From: Patescibacteria group bacterium
GTDB taxonomy: Bacteria > Patescibacteriota > Microgenomatia > 0-14-0-10-38-17
Length of the DNA stretch: 64,000 nucleotides
Reading direction: 5' to 3'
Assembly (NCBI GenBank): GCA_050953885.1
Contig: JBMNNJ010000001.1
Location: 9,137 to 73,136, forward strand
This document shows, one piece after another, positions 9,379 through 19,717 of this stretch. The notes under the pieces were generated by a model. The model was not told where the DNA came from and did no database searches. It was given only the letters and a program-made list of their open reading frames with translations. A program made the position numbers and the translations under genes. The number at the start of each line of letters is the position of its first letter. The stretch's first letter is position 1.

Positions 9379-11070
9379 ATGGAGGAAAAGTGGCAGATTA
9401 AGGGAGAGATTAAAAGTAAAGAAAAAAAAGAACGGCGCGAGGAAATTATTAATCTTTTGCTTTTGAACCGGGGCATTTCCCCCGTTGAAAAGGAGATTTT
9501 TTTTAATCCTCCTTCGCCAAAGTCGCTGACGGCTGAAGAAGTAGGTCTTTCGCCCGCCTCGCTTTCGCAGGCGAGGAGAAAAATTTTGGCGGCCAAGGAG
9601 AAAAGGCAAAAGATTTTAATTTTTGGCGATTATGATGTGGACGGCATTTGCGGGACGGCGGTTTTGTGGGAAGCTCTTTGGCAGAAGGGCTTTGATGTTT
9701 TGCCCTATCTTCCCAAGAGAAGTGAAGGCTATGGCGTTAGCGCTAAAACAATCGCCCGCCTTAAAAAAGAAAATCCCGGTCTAGGCTTGGTAATCACCGT
9801 TGATAATGGCATTGTTGCCCGGGAAGAAATTGAAGGAATTTTAAAGCAGGGTGTTGAGGTGGTGGTGAGCGACCACCATTTAAAGCAGGAAAAGAAAACA
9901 CCTAAGGCAACTTTAGTTTGGAGCCCGAAAATTTGCGGGGCGGCGGTGGCTTATTTTTTAGCGGCCGAATTTAGTGATGACTCCGATGGTCTTGATTTGG
10001 TGGGGCTGGCAACGGCGGCGGACTTGATGCCTCAGACAATGGTTAATCGGATTTTTTTAAAAGCCGGCCTGCGCTCTTTGCGGCAAACTTCTCGGCCGGG
10101 CCTTTTGGCGTTATTTAATGAGGCAGGGATTCAAAAAGATTTGCTTGACTCTTACCACTTGGGTTATATTATCTGCCCGCGTCTTAACGCTACCGGTCGG
10201 CTTGATGACGCGATGGACTCGTTGCGGCTTTTGTGCACCCGCGATACCCAGCGGGCTGCTGGCTTGGCTAAAAGATTAGGGCAAGAGAACCAAGCGCGGC
10301 AAAACCTTACCCAAAAAGCGCTGGCGCAAGCAGAAGCGGAAATTTTAAAAAATCCTGAGGAGCAAAAACTGCTTTTTGTTTATTCTCCCGATTTTCATCC
10401 GGGAATTATTGGTTTGGTGGCGGGAAAATTAGCGGATAAGTTTTGCCGGCCGGCGGTGGTGGCGACGGCGGTGGACGGGATAATTAAGGCCTCTTGCCGT
10501 TCTCCGGAGGGTTTTAATATCTTGTTGGCGCTTAAAAAAATTGAAGACTATTTTTTTGATTTGGGCGGTCATCCCCGCGCCGCCGGCTTAAGTTTTTCTA
10601 AAAAAAATCTTTCCAAGGTTCAAAAAGCTTTAACACAAATTGGGCGGGAAATTAATCCGCGGCTTTTGGTTCCCAAGCTTAACATTGATGCCCAAGTGCG
10701 TTTTTCCGATTTAAATTTTACTCTTTGGGAACTTTTGGAAAAATTTTCTCCCTTTGGTTTGGGTAATCCCCAACCGCTTTTTTCTACCCCGGATGTTATA
10801 ATTGGAGGAGTAAGGAGACTGGGTCAAAACGGGGCGCATTTGCGTTTGATTTTGGATGATTTGTCCACCCGGCGGGAGGAAAAAGCGGTGGCTCTCTGGC
10901 CGGCGCAGGAGTCGGAGGCGGTTTTTGACGGGGTGGGCTTTAATATGGGGAATTTGGACTTAAAAGCCGGCGACCGGGTGGCTGTTGCCTACCACCTCTC
11001 CCTTAATGAATGGCAAGGGCGAAGAAATTTAGAATTAAAATTAGTCTCCCTTAAGAAAAAGAATGATTAA
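9379..11070 (+). CDS. recJ: ssDNA exonuclease RecJ
   Basis: GDYDVDG, ITVDNG, DHH, PRLNATGRL, GGHPRAAG, PFG.GNP.P; start moved downstream of the repeat. Confidence 0.95.
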   Translation: MEEKWQIKGEIKSKEKKERREEIINLLLLNRGISPVEKEIFFNPPSPKSLTAEEVGLSPASLSQARRKILAAKEKRQKILIFGDYDVDGICGTAVLWEALWQKGFDVLPYLPKRSEGYGVSAKTIARLKKENPGLGLVITVDNGIVAREEIEGILKQGVEVVVSDHHLKQEKKTPKATLVWSPKICGAAVAYFLAAEFSDDSDGLDLVGLATAADLMPQTMVNRIFLKAGLRSLRQTSRPGLLALFNEAGIQKDLLDSYHLGYIICPRLNATGRLDDAMDSLRLLCTRDTQRAAGLAKRLGQENQARQNLTQKALAQAEAEILKNPEEQKLLFVYSPDFHPGIIGLVAGKLADKFCRPAVVATAVDGIIKASCRSPEGFNILLALKKIEDYFFDLGGHPRAAGLSFSKKNLSKVQKALTQIGREINPRLLVPKLNIDAQVRFSDLNFTLWELLEKFSPFGLGNPQPLFSTPDVIIGGVRRLGQNGAHLRLILDDLSTRREEKAVALWPAQESEAVFDGVGFNMGNLDLKAGDRVAVAYHLSLNEWQGRRNLELKLVSLKKKND

Positions 11071-12565
11071 GCTTAAAAAAGAAGCGCTCGATTTTTCTAA
11101 TCTTTTAAAAAAGGTTTCTTCTTATCACCCTGCCCCCGATTTTTCCCTACTGGAAAGAAGTTATCAGTTGGCCCAAGAGGCTCATCAGGGGCAAAAGCGA
11201 CTTTCTGGCGAGCCGGTAATTAACCATTGCTTAACAGTGGCCCATTATTTGGCCGATTGGCGTCTGGATTGCGCTTCTCTTGCCGCCGGGTTGCTTCATG
11301 ATGCGGTCGAAGATACCAGCCTTGGCTTGGAAAAGATTAAAAAAGAATTAGGGGAGGATGTGGCTAAATTAGTCGACGGGGTAACTAAAGTAGGCCGCTT
11401 AAGGATGCGAGGTCCGGCCAGCGAGGATTTTATTGAAACCTTGCGGAAGATGTTTTTGGCCATGTCGCGCGATTTGCGGGTGGTGATTATTAAAATTGCC
11501 GACCGCTACCATAATATGAAAACGCTTGAATATCTTCCCCCCGATAAAGCAAGGGGGATTGCCGAGGAAACCTTGGAGGTTTATGCGCCCTTAGCCGAAC
11601 GGTTGGGGATTGGGGAAATTAAAGGCCAGCTTGAAGATCTGGCTTTCCCCTATGTTTATCCCGAAGATTATCAGTGGCTAAAAAAATACGCCGCTCCCTA
11701 TTACCAGAAGGCAGAGAAGCGAATTGAGCGGGTGAGGCGGGAGCTTTTGCATGCTTTGGCGCAGGAAGGCTTGCGGGTGGAAATAAACGGTCGGGCGAAG
11801 CATCTTTATAGTCTTTGGCGCAAGCTTTTACGACCGGAAATTAATAAAGACATTGAAAAGGTTTACGACTTAATGGCTTTGCGTATTCTAACCGAGCGGA
11901 TGGCGGATTGCTACACGGCCCTTGGGGTGGTCCATAAGCTTTATCGGCCGGTTCCTTATTTGGGAGTGCGTGATTGGATTGCCCAACCCAAACCTAATGG
12001 CTACCAGTCGATTCACACCAATGTTTTTTTAGGTGACGGCCGGATTATTGAGGTGCAAATTCGCACCCGCCGAATGCACGAACAGGCTGAGTATGGTATT
12101 GCCGCCCATTGGTATCTGGCCCAACTAAAGTTAAAAAATAAATTAACCTCAAAGATAATCGATGAGGGAAGGTTTTTCTCGCCGGCAGAAAAATTGACTT
12201 GGGTGCGTCAGCTGGCCGATTGGCAAAAAGAAATTATCGATTCCCATGAGTTTATTGACTCGGTTAAATTTGACGCTCTTTCTCACCGGATTTTTGTTTT
12301 TTCTCCCAAGGGGGACGCCTATGATCTTCCTGAAGGAGCCACGCCGGTAGATTTTGCTTATGCAGTTCATAGCCAGTTGGGAGACCAAGCCGTTGGGGCA
12401 AAGGTGAACGGAAAAATGGTTCCTCTTGATTATCATCTTAAAAGTGGGGAAGTAGTGGAAATTTTAGTTAATAAAAACAAGAAAAGCCCATCGGCTGATT
12501 GGCTTGATTTTGTGGTTACCCGTCAGGCAAGGAAGAAAATTAGCCAAAAATTAAGGTATAATTAG
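11063..12565 (+). CDS. relA: RelA/SpoT (p)ppGpp synthetase/hydrolase, HD-SYN-TGS, no ACT domain
   Basis: LLHDAVEDT, ADR.HNM.TL, PKPNGYQSIHT, EVQIRT..MH..AE.G.AAHW, TPVDFAY. Confidence 0.92.
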   Translation: MIKLKKEALDFSNLLKKVSSYHPAPDFSLLERSYQLAQEAHQGQKRLSGEPVINHCLTVAHYLADWRLDCASLAAGLLHDAVEDTSLGLEKIKKELGEDVAKLVDGVTKVGRLRMRGPASEDFIETLRKMFLAMSRDLRVVIIKIADRYHNMKTLEYLPPDKARGIAEETLEVYAPLAERLGIGEIKGQLEDLAFPYVYPEDYQWLKKYAAPYYQKAEKRIERVRRELLHALAQEGLRVEINGRAKHLYSLWRKLLRPEINKDIEKVYDLMALRILTERMADCYTALGVVHKLYRPVPYLGVRDWIAQPKPNGYQSIHTNVFLGDGRIIEVQIRTRRMHEQAEYGIAAHWYLAQLKLKNKLTSKIIDEGRFFSPAEKLTWVRQLADWQKEIIDSHEFIDSVKFDALSHRIFVFSPKGDAYDLPEGATPVDFAYAVHSQLGDQAVGAKVNGKMVPLDYHLKSGEVVEILVNKNKKSPSADWLDFVVTRQARKKISQKLRYN

Positions 12566-12577
12566 AAAGATTAAAAG

Positions 12578-12652
12578 ACGCGAATGGACACGAATAGGAA
12601 ACGAATAGACGCGAATGAGCGAATAAAATGTAGGGGCGTATTGCATACGCCC
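12578..12652 (+). repeat. CGAAT tandem array followed by GTAGGGGCG...CGCCC REP hairpin
   Basis: five CGAAT units, then gtaggggcgtattgcatacgccc. Confidence 0.7.
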
Positions 12653-12674
12653 GCAACAATTTAGCAATTTAATA

Positions 12675-14045
12675 ATGAAGTCTCTATTTTCCGACCGCAC
12701 TCTTATTGCCGAGACGCCCCAAAAGGTTGGTCAAAAAGTGAGGCTTTTTGGCTGGGTTAACAGCGTTCGTGATCATGGAAAACTGGTTTTTGTGGATCTT
12801 CGCGATCAAAGTGGCGTTGTCCAAATCGTTGGCGTCAAAGAAGTTTTAGGCAGGGTTAAAAATGAATTTGTGGTTTGTCTTGAGGGGGAGGTAAAAAAGC
12901 GGCCGGAAAAGTTAGTTAATCCTAAAATTAGCACTGGCGGGGTGGAAGTGGCGGCCAAAAGTTTGGAAATTTTATCATCAGCCAAAGAATTACCTTTTGA
13001 TATTTACGGTACGGGACGAAAAATAAACGAGGATTTACGCTTAAAATATCGCTATCTTGACCTGCGCCGGCCACGATTACGAAATAATTTATTTCTCCGC
13101 CACCAACTTTTACAAACTTTTCGCCAAACATTGGTGAAGCATGGTTTTTGGGAAGTAGAGACGCCTAATTTAAGCAAATCTACCCCCGAGGGAGCGCGGG
13201 ATTTTTTAGTGCCCTCTCGACTTCAGCCGGGAAAATTTTATGCCCTGCCCCAAAGCCCCCAACAGTACAAGCAACTTTTAATGGTGGCCGGTTTGGAGCG
13301 TTATTTTCAAATTGCCGCCTGTTTTCGTGATGAAGATTTGCGGGCTGATCGCCAGCTTGAGTTTAAGCAAGTTGATTTGGAAATGTCGTTTGTTGATAGG
13401 GAAGCGGTTTTGGCGGAAGTGGAAGAAGTAATGATTGAGGTAATGAAGGCTCTTGGGAAGCCAATTTCAAAAATCCCCTTTCCCCGCTTAACTTATAAAG
13501 AAGCGCTGGAGAAGTATCATTCTGATAAGCCCGATTTACGGTCAAAAAAAGATGAGAAAAAATTTGCCTTTGCCTGGGTGATTGACTTTCCGCTTTTTGA
13601 AAAAACACCCCAGCGGACAATTGCCCCGGTACATCACCCTTTTACCAGCCCTAATCCTGAAGATTTGCCGCTTTTGGAAAAAAGCCCTTTAAAAGTGCGT
13701 TCCTGGCAATATGATTTAGTTTGTAACGGGCAGGAAGTGGGGGGAGGGAGCATCAGGATCACTGATCCCAAGATTCAGGAAAAAGTTTTTACGATTCTGG
13801 GCCACTCTAAAGAAGAAATTAGGCAAAAATTTGGCCATTTACTAACCGCTTTTGAATATGGCGTGCCGCCTGAAGGAGGGATTGCTTTGGGCTTTGATCG
13901 CTTGGCGGCAATTCTTTCCGGTGAGGAGAGCATTCGCGAGGTGATTGCTTTTCCGGTTAATACCGCTGGTAAAACGGCGGTAATGGACGCTCCCTCCACG
14001 GTTGCCGAAGAACAGCTGAAGGAGTTGGGGATAAAAATAAAATAA
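12675..14045 (+). CDS. aspS: aspartate--tRNA ligase (short, insertion domain largely missing)
   Basis: RDHG...F.DLRD, RLKYRYLDLR, STPEGARDFLVPSR, LPQSPQ.YKQLLM, FRDED.RADRQ.EF. Confidence 0.95.
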   Translation: MKSLFSDRTLIAETPQKVGQKVRLFGWVNSVRDHGKLVFVDLRDQSGVVQIVGVKEVLGRVKNEFVVCLEGEVKKRPEKLVNPKISTGGVEVAAKSLEILSSAKELPFDIYGTGRKINEDLRLKYRYLDLRRPRLRNNLFLRHQLLQTFRQTLVKHGFWEVETPNLSKSTPEGARDFLVPSRLQPGKFYALPQSPQQYKQLLMVAGLERYFQIAACFRDEDLRADRQLEFKQVDLEMSFVDREAVLAEVEEVMIEVMKALGKPISKIPFPRLTYKEALEKYHSDKPDLRSKKDEKKFAFAWVIDFPLFEKTPQRTIAPVHHPFTSPNPEDLPLLEKSPLKVRSWQYDLVCNGQEVGGGSIRITDPKIQEKVFTILGHSKEEIRQKFGHLLTAFEYGVPPEGGIALGFDRLAAILSGEESIREVIAFPVNTAGKTAVMDAPSTVAEEQLKELGIKIK

Positions 14046-14390
14046 AAGTCAAAATTCAAAATTAAAAATTCAAAAGTCAAAAGGCAAAAGGCAAAAAGTT
14101 AGCAACTCGTAATTATCTCCTGTCGGAAGACAGCGGACTGTCCGTTATTGTCATTCTGACGAAAGTCAGAATCTGCTTTTGGCAGGTATTAAGACAGATC
14201 CTGATTTCCATCAGGATGACGAATTGTACCCATTATACATTACGAGTTACACATTACATATTACGGATTGCTGATTTTTCATTTTGCTCCGCCAGCAGGC
14301 GGACAAGTCAAAAGTTAAAAGTTTCTGTTTTACTTTTAAATTTTAACTTGTACTTTTGACTTTTAAATTTTGAATTTTTACTTTATTTGG
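14043..14390. repeat. composite intergenic repeat block
   Basis: outer CAAAA/TTTTG arrays, TGTCATTCTGAC-GAAA-GTCAGAAT hairpin, GATCCTGA..TCAGGATGAC hairpin (near copy at 4935-4960), TTACAC repeats, CCGCCAGCAGGCGG. Confidence 0.7.
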
Positions 14391-14393
14391 TTT

Positions 14394-15341
14394 ATGCCCT
14401 TTTTCAAGTTTCTTCCTCTTTTCCTACTTTCCCTTACTTTTCTTTTTTTGCCCGGCAATTCTTATTACGAAACTCTTAATTTAACACCGGCGGTTTCTAA
14501 AACAGCGTCTTTCGAGAGTTTTCCCTCGCTCCCACCTTTGCCGCAAAAGCGGCTAAACTTGCCGATTTCTTTAAGTGCTAAGGCCTCACTTTTACTTGAT
14601 TATTCCTCGGGGGTGGTTTTCTGGCGGCAAAATGAAGAAGAAAAACTCCCACCGGCCTCCTTGACCAAACTCATCACTGCTTTAATTGTTTTGGAGGAGA
14701 TGGATAAGGAACAAGTTGTTACCATTAATCGTGTCGAAAATTATGGGCAGGTGATGGGCTTGACAGCTGGCGAGCGAATGAAGGTAGACGATTTGCTTAA
14801 GGCGCTTTTAATTTTTTCCGCTAACGACGCCGCTTATGCTCTGGCGGATGCCTATCCCGGCGGCCGGGAAGCTTTTATTAACCGCGCCAATGCCCGGGTC
14901 CAAGAATTAGGCTTAAAAAATACCCATTTTGTTAACCCTAATGGTGAGGATAATCCTAACCATTATTCTACCGCTTGGGATTTGGCGCGTTTGGCCCAGA
15001 GGCTTTGGCGTTTTGAAGAATTTCGCCAGATTGTTTCTCAAAACCAGACACTTGTTTGCGATGTTAGCGGTTTGGTTTGTCATCCCCTTTATACTACCGA
15101 TGAGCTTTTGGGCGAATTCCCTGGCCTGGTGGGTGGCAAAACCGGCTTTACCGAGCAGGCAGGCGAATGTTTTCTTTCTTTTTGGGAGCTTGACGGGGTA
15201 CGACTTTTAAGCGTGGTTTTGGGAAGCGGTGATCGCTTTGGCGATACCCAAAAATTGCTTCAATGGGGTTTGACTAGTTTTGATTATTCGCCGGTGGAAG
15301 CGGTTTCTTTTATCCAAGAAGATTCGATAGCGGGAAGATAG
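14394..15341 (+). CDS. dacA: D-alanyl-D-alanine carboxypeptidase (peptidase S11)
   Basis: SLTK, SAN and KTG catalytic motifs. Confidence 0.9.
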   Translation: MPFFKFLPLFLLSLTFLFLPGNSYYETLNLTPAVSKTASFESFPSLPPLPQKRLNLPISLSAKASLLLDYSSGVVFWRQNEEEKLPPASLTKLITALIVLEEMDKEQVVTINRVENYGQVMGLTAGERMKVDDLLKALLIFSANDAAYALADAYPGGREAFINRANARVQELGLKNTHFVNPNGEDNPNHYSTAWDLARLAQRLWRFEEFRQIVSQNQTLVCDVSGLVCHPLYTTDELLGEFPGLVGGKTGFTEQAGECFLSFWELDGVRLLSVVLGSGDRFGDTQKLLQWGLTSFDYSPVEAVSFIQEDSIAGR

Positions 15342-16357
15342 GCGATGAAGTCGTTATCCCCTTCAAAAACAAAAATAGGCTGGAGAAAATTTTGCGGCAA
15401 AGAAGGATCAAAATAGGCAAGATAAATACGGCGAATAATGACGGGTTTATCGGGAGTGTTGTTGCCTAAATTGCCCACGTAAGCCTTGCCAGCTTTAAGC
15501 TCTTCCCAGGCAAGGGTGGAATTTTTTAAAGGGTAGGTGGCCACTTGTTCTTGATGTATTGGGAAATGAATGTATTTGCCGGCAATAATTGTGGGTTTAC
15601 CTTCTTTTTGAGCAACAAAGAAAGAGATATTGCTGTCTTGAGGATTGGGAGGAAGAATGGGTAGGCCCTCTAAATCGGCGCGAAATAAATTAACCTTAAC
15701 CACCTCGGCTTCGGAAAGAGAAGGGACTAAAGTAAGCTCCCTTCTTTCCTGATGATATTTAAAAAAAAGATTTTTGGTTTTCTCCTCGTTTAAATCATTG
15801 GGCCAGCTGTTGCCGCGGCTAAGAAAATTTTTAATCTCATTTAAAGCTTGTTGGGGAGTGGGTGAGGCCAGGCCGGTAAAAAAGGGATCAGCCTCAAAGG
15901 GGTAACGAACTTCAAAATTTTCATTAAGCATATCAAGCTTTAGTATGGCATTGGTTTGCGGATTTTTAAAAGTATAGCGATAATAAGGATCACGGGTTAC
16001 TTCATTGGGAAATCCCAAAAGGCGGGCTTTTTCTCTCGTTTTTTCCTCGTCAAAGAATTTTGGCCCCACCGTAAAAACAAAGTAAACTTTGGCTTGGGTG
16101 GGCATGCTAGGTAAAACTCCTTCTATGGTTTGGAGTTGAAATTGGTATTCTCCTTGGGATTGGCTTTGGGGAAAGATAATCGCCGGGATTTGGCCAAAGG
16201 CCACGGTGGGGCCCGGCGGAGGCGCGGGATGGGTTTTTTCCCAATAGTTTTGAAAGGCGTTAAAGGCAGGGACAAGGATGCTAATGCCGATAATGCCGAT
16301 AATAGAGTATTTAATAACCTTGCGGGCAGTAACCGCTGTTTCGGTTAGGGTAGGCAT
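15284..16357 (-). CDS. membrane-anchored hypothetical protein
   Basis: single N-terminal TM helix, Pro-rich linker, C-terminal LQPIFVFEG. Confidence 0.7.
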   Translation of the reverse strand: MPTLTETAVTARKVIKYSIIGIIGISILVPAFNAFQNYWEKTHPAPPPGPTVAFGQIPAIIFPQSQSQGEYQFQLQTIEGVLPSMPTQAKVYFVFTVGPKFFDEEKTREKARLLGFPNEVTRDPYYRYTFKNPQTNAILKLDMLNENFEVRYPFEADPFFTGLASPTPQQALNEIKNFLSRGNSWPNDLNEEKTKNLFFKYHQERRELTLVPSLSEAEVVKVNLFRADLEGLPILPPNPQDSNISFFVAQKEGKPTIIAGKYIHFPIHQEQVATYPLKNSTLAWEELKAGKAYVGNLGNNTPDKPVIIRRIYLAYFDPSLPQNFLQPIFVFEGDNDFIAYLPAIESSWIKETASTGE

Positions 16358-16359
16358 GA

Positions 16360-16575
16360 AAAAAATTCAAAATTCAAAAGGCAAAAGTCATAAATTAAAA
16401 CTCAAAACGCAAATGGCAAATGGCAAAACTACATGGCAAATGTTAAAACTTTTTAAAACTTAAAGTTGTTTTTTAGTTTTGAGTTTTAACATGTAGTTTT
16501 ACGTTTTGCGTTTTGAGATTTGAGTTTATTTATTATCTTTAAGTTTTGATTTAGGCTTTGATTTTTGTACTTTGC
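16360..16575. repeat. AT-rich palindromic CAAAA/TTTTG array
   Basis: left half CAAAA-type heptamers, right half TTTTG-type, centred near 16450. Confidence 0.65.
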
Positions 16576-16622
16576 ATTGCCTTCTCTTGAGTATAGCACT
16601 GCCAAATGGTAAAATTCAAACT

Positions 16623-18032
16623 ATGAAAGAAAAGGTGCGTGTTCGTTTTGCTCCCTCGCCAACGGGTATTCCTCATATCGGCAACACCCGTACCGCTCTT
16701 TTTGATTGGCTTTTTGCCCGTCAAAATAGAGGCCAATTTGTTGTCCGGATCGAGGATACTGATAGAAAACGCTACCAACCTGAAGCGGAGGAAAAAATTT
16801 TGGAAATTTTGGAGTTTTTAGGTTTAAATTGGGATGAAGGACCAAAAATCGGCGGTCCTTATGGCCCTTATTTTCAATCCCAGCGCTTAGAACTTTATCG
16901 GCAGACAGCAGAGGAATTGGTGCAAAAAGGAGCGGCCTATTATTGTTTTTGCTCGCCCCAAAGACTTGAGAACTTAAGAAAAGAGCAAAAAGAAAGAGGG
17001 CAAATTCCCCGTTACGATCGCCACTGTCTTTTTTTGTCAAAAAAGGAAATTGAGGAAAAGAAACGCGCCGGCCGTTATGTGATTCGCTTAAAAATGCCCG
17101 ATAATAAAGTTTTTTCCTGGCAGGATTTAATCCAAGGAGAAGTGAGAATTAATGCCAAGGAAGTTGATGATCAGGTGCTTTTAAAATCCGACGGATTTCC
17201 TACTTATCATCTGGCGGTGGTGGTGGACGATCATTTGATGAAGATTTCCCATGTTTTTCGGGGGGTAGAGTGGATTTCCTCGGTTCCAAAACACTTGGCT
17301 TTGTACGAGGCCTTGGGTTGGGATGCGCCAAAAATGGCCCATTTGCCGTTAATTTTGGGGCCCGACCGAACGAAACTTTCCAAACGCCACGGAGCGAAAT
17401 CTGTTTTAGACTATCGTGATGAGGGTTATTTAAAAGAAGCCTTGATTAATTTTATGGCCTATTTGGGATGGTCATATAAAGACAATGCTCAACTTTTGTC
17501 GCTTGAAGAACTGAGGCGGGTTTTTAACCTTAAAAGCGTTCAAAAACAAAACGCGATTTTTGATATTAAAAAACTTGACTGGTTTAATGGCCAGTACATT
17601 AGAATGAAGAGCAATGAAGAACTGGTAAAACTTTTAAAGCCTTTTGCTCCAAAAGAAGCCTCGGAAGAAATTTTGGCAAAAATCATTCCCTTAATTAAAG
17701 AAAGAATTGTCAAGTTATCCGATTTTCAAAGTTTGGCCGGTTTTTTCTTTAAAAGACCAAAACCAACTCCTTCTTTATTTAAAGATAAAAATTATAAAAA
17801 CTATCTGGAAAAAGCCGTTGAGGCACTACAGTCTATTGAAGTATGGAATGAACCGGAAATTACCAACGCTTTAATGGCTTTAATTGAAAAAAACGGCTGG
17901 AAAACCGGCGATTTTTTTATGGCTTTGCGAATTGCCATTACCGGTTCTTCTTTTACCCCCCCGATCAACGATTCAATGGCCATTTTAGGCCGCGAGGAAA
18001 CGCTTTCGCGCCTCAAACTGGCGGCGAAATAA
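16623..18032 (+). CDS. gltX: glutamate--tRNA ligase
   Basis: RFAPSPTG.PHIG, RIEDTD, KLSKR. Confidence 0.96.
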   Translation: MKEKVRVRFAPSPTGIPHIGNTRTALFDWLFARQNRGQFVVRIEDTDRKRYQPEAEEKILEILEFLGLNWDEGPKIGGPYGPYFQSQRLELYRQTAEELVQKGAAYYCFCSPQRLENLRKEQKERGQIPRYDRHCLFLSKKEIEEKKRAGRYVIRLKMPDNKVFSWQDLIQGEVRINAKEVDDQVLLKSDGFPTYHLAVVVDDHLMKISHVFRGVEWISSVPKHLALYEALGWDAPKMAHLPLILGPDRTKLSKRHGAKSVLDYRDEGYLKEALINFMAYLGWSYKDNAQLLSLEELRRVFNLKSVQKQNAIFDIKKLDWFNGQYIRMKSNEELVKLLKPFAPKEASEEILAKIIPLIKERIVKLSDFQSLAGFFFKRPKPTPSLFKDKNYKNYLEKAVEALQSIEVWNEPEITNALMALIEKNGWKTGDFFMALRIAITGSSFTPPINDSMAILGREETLSRLKLAAK

Positions 18033-18073
18033 CTTCATTTATTAATTCTTCTTTATGAGGCAACAGCGCCTTT

Positions 18074-19420
18074 TTATTTCCTTTTTAATTTTTCGACGAA
18101 GGGGTAGATTTCCGAAAGAAGATAAAGGGAGCCGGTAACCACCAATGGTTGGTAATTTTTTTTGCCGATTACTTTTTGCGGGTCGGGAGCAATTTCAAAA
18201 TTTTCAAATTTTAATTTTTTTAAAACTTTTTTAATTTTTTCCGGTCCTTCGGAAAGAGCCAGCCAATCTTGGTGACCTTGAAAAAAACGAGTCAAATAAA
18301 TTTTTTCGGCCAAGGGAATAATTTTTGGTAAGGCTTTGGCAAAATCTTTTTTCTTCTTGAAAGCAATTAAAAAATTAAATTTTTGGCCCGGGAAAAACTT
18401 TTTCAGATTTTTTGCGAGGGTGGCGATTTTTTGGGGGTTATGAGCGCCGTCTAAAATGATCATCTGTCCGTTTACTTTTAATATTTCTAAACGGCCGGCA
18501 AAGTGGGCTTTCTTAAGCGTTTGACGGATCTTTTTTTCGTCAAAAGGAAAAAAGTCTTTTTGGGAAAAAAAGGAAACAGCGGAAAGGGCGAGGCTGCAAT
18601 TTTCTGCCTGATGAGCGCCCAAAAGAGCCAGTTCTAAATTTTTGAACTCATAAGGCGGTTGGAAGAAATCAAAAATTGTTTTTTCAGGTGTGGCTTTAAT
18701 ATTTTTAAAATTAATCCCCTTTTTAATAAAAAAAAGCTTGGCTTTTTCTTCGCGGGCAATTTTTTCAAAAATTTTGTTGGCGGCGGGTTTTTGCTTTAGG
18801 GCAAAAACCGTGTTGCCCGGGTGGATAATTTTGGCTTTTTGAAGAGCGATTTCGCCGATGGTTTTGCCAAGCACCTGGGTGTGGTCGAGACCGATTCGGG
18901 TAAGAATGGCCACTTTTTGAGAGTTTTTAATCACGTTAGTGGCGTCATACCAACCACCTAAACCAGTTTCCACTACCGCATAGTCAACTTTCTCCTGATA
19001 AAAAGCTTGGAAGGCGAGAGCGATAAGAATTTCAAAGTAAGTAGGGGAGCCGTAAGGTGATTGGGCCATTTTTTTAATTGCTCCCAGAAGCTGATTAAGA
19101 TAAAAAACAAACTTTTTTTCGCTAATTAATTGGTTGTTAATTTGGACTCTTTCGCGAATATCCACTAAATGAGGCGAAAGGGTGAGGCCGGTTTTAAAAC
19201 CAAAATCGGTAAGGATTTGGCTGGTAAGATAGGCGGTGGAACCTTTGCCGGAAGTGCCGGCGATGTGGATAACTTTAATTTTTTCCTGGGGATTGCCGAT
19301 TAGCTTGAGAAGCAATTTCGTCCGATCCAAGCCCCGCTGGCCGGGGAAAGTATTTTTCTTGCCTTGGGGAATTTGCCGGTAAAGGAAATTTTGCGCTTCG
19401 GAAAAAGTTTTAATTTTCAT
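18074..19420 (-). CDS. folC: folylpolyglutamate synthase / dihydrofolate synthase
   Basis: HIAGTSGKGST, SPHL...RER, ETGLGG..DATN, LDGAHNP, TGSLYL. Confidence 0.9.
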   Translation of the reverse strand: MKIKTFSEAQNFLYRQIPQGKKNTFPGQRGLDRTKLLLKLIGNPQEKIKVIHIAGTSGKGSTAYLTSQILTDFGFKTGLTLSPHLVDIRERVQINNQLISEKKFVFYLNQLLGAIKKMAQSPYGSPTYFEILIALAFQAFYQEKVDYAVVETGLGGWYDATNVIKNSQKVAILTRIGLDHTQVLGKTIGEIALQKAKIIHPGNTVFALKQKPAANKIFEKIAREEKAKLFFIKKGINFKNIKATPEKTIFDFFQPPYEFKNLELALLGAHQAENCSLALSAVSFFSQKDFFPFDEKKIRQTLKKAHFAGRLEILKVNGQMIILDGAHNPQKIATLAKNLKKFFPGQKFNFLIAFKKKKDFAKALPKIIPLAEKIYLTRFFQGHQDWLALSEGPEKIKKVLKKLKFENFEIAPDPQKVIGKKNYQPLVVTGSLYLLSEIYPFVEKLKRK

Positions 19421-19643
19421 TTCTTTTTGAGATTATAGCGTATTTAAAAATAAATGGCTAAATTGTCCAATTGTTAGGCTGTTAAGTTATTACCTTGCCT
19501 CCCTCGGCGGGACAATTCAACAAGAGAACAATTTACCAAGAGGTTTTTTGTCTTTTATCCTTGACTCTTAATACAAAATGCTTGATACATTTTTGGCTTT
19601 TGGGCCGTTTTTTTGCTAAAATAGGAACTGGTTTTTAACCTTT

Positions 19644-19717
19644 TGCCCGGTCGTCTAACGGTAGGACAGGCGGCTCTGAACCGTCTAATCCAGGTTCGAA
19701 TCCTGGCTGGGCAACCA
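19644..19717 (+). tRNA. tRNA-Gln (CTG)
   Basis: acceptor TGCCCGG/CTGGGCA, anticodon arm GGCGG-CTCTGAA-CCGTC, T arm CAGG-TTCGAAT-CCTG, encoded CCA. Confidence 0.95.

Noticed and set aside
12578-12624. CRISPR-like array from the CGAAT repeats (also 3961 and 47152)
   Set aside because: Units are about 10 bp with no spacers; no cas genes in the window
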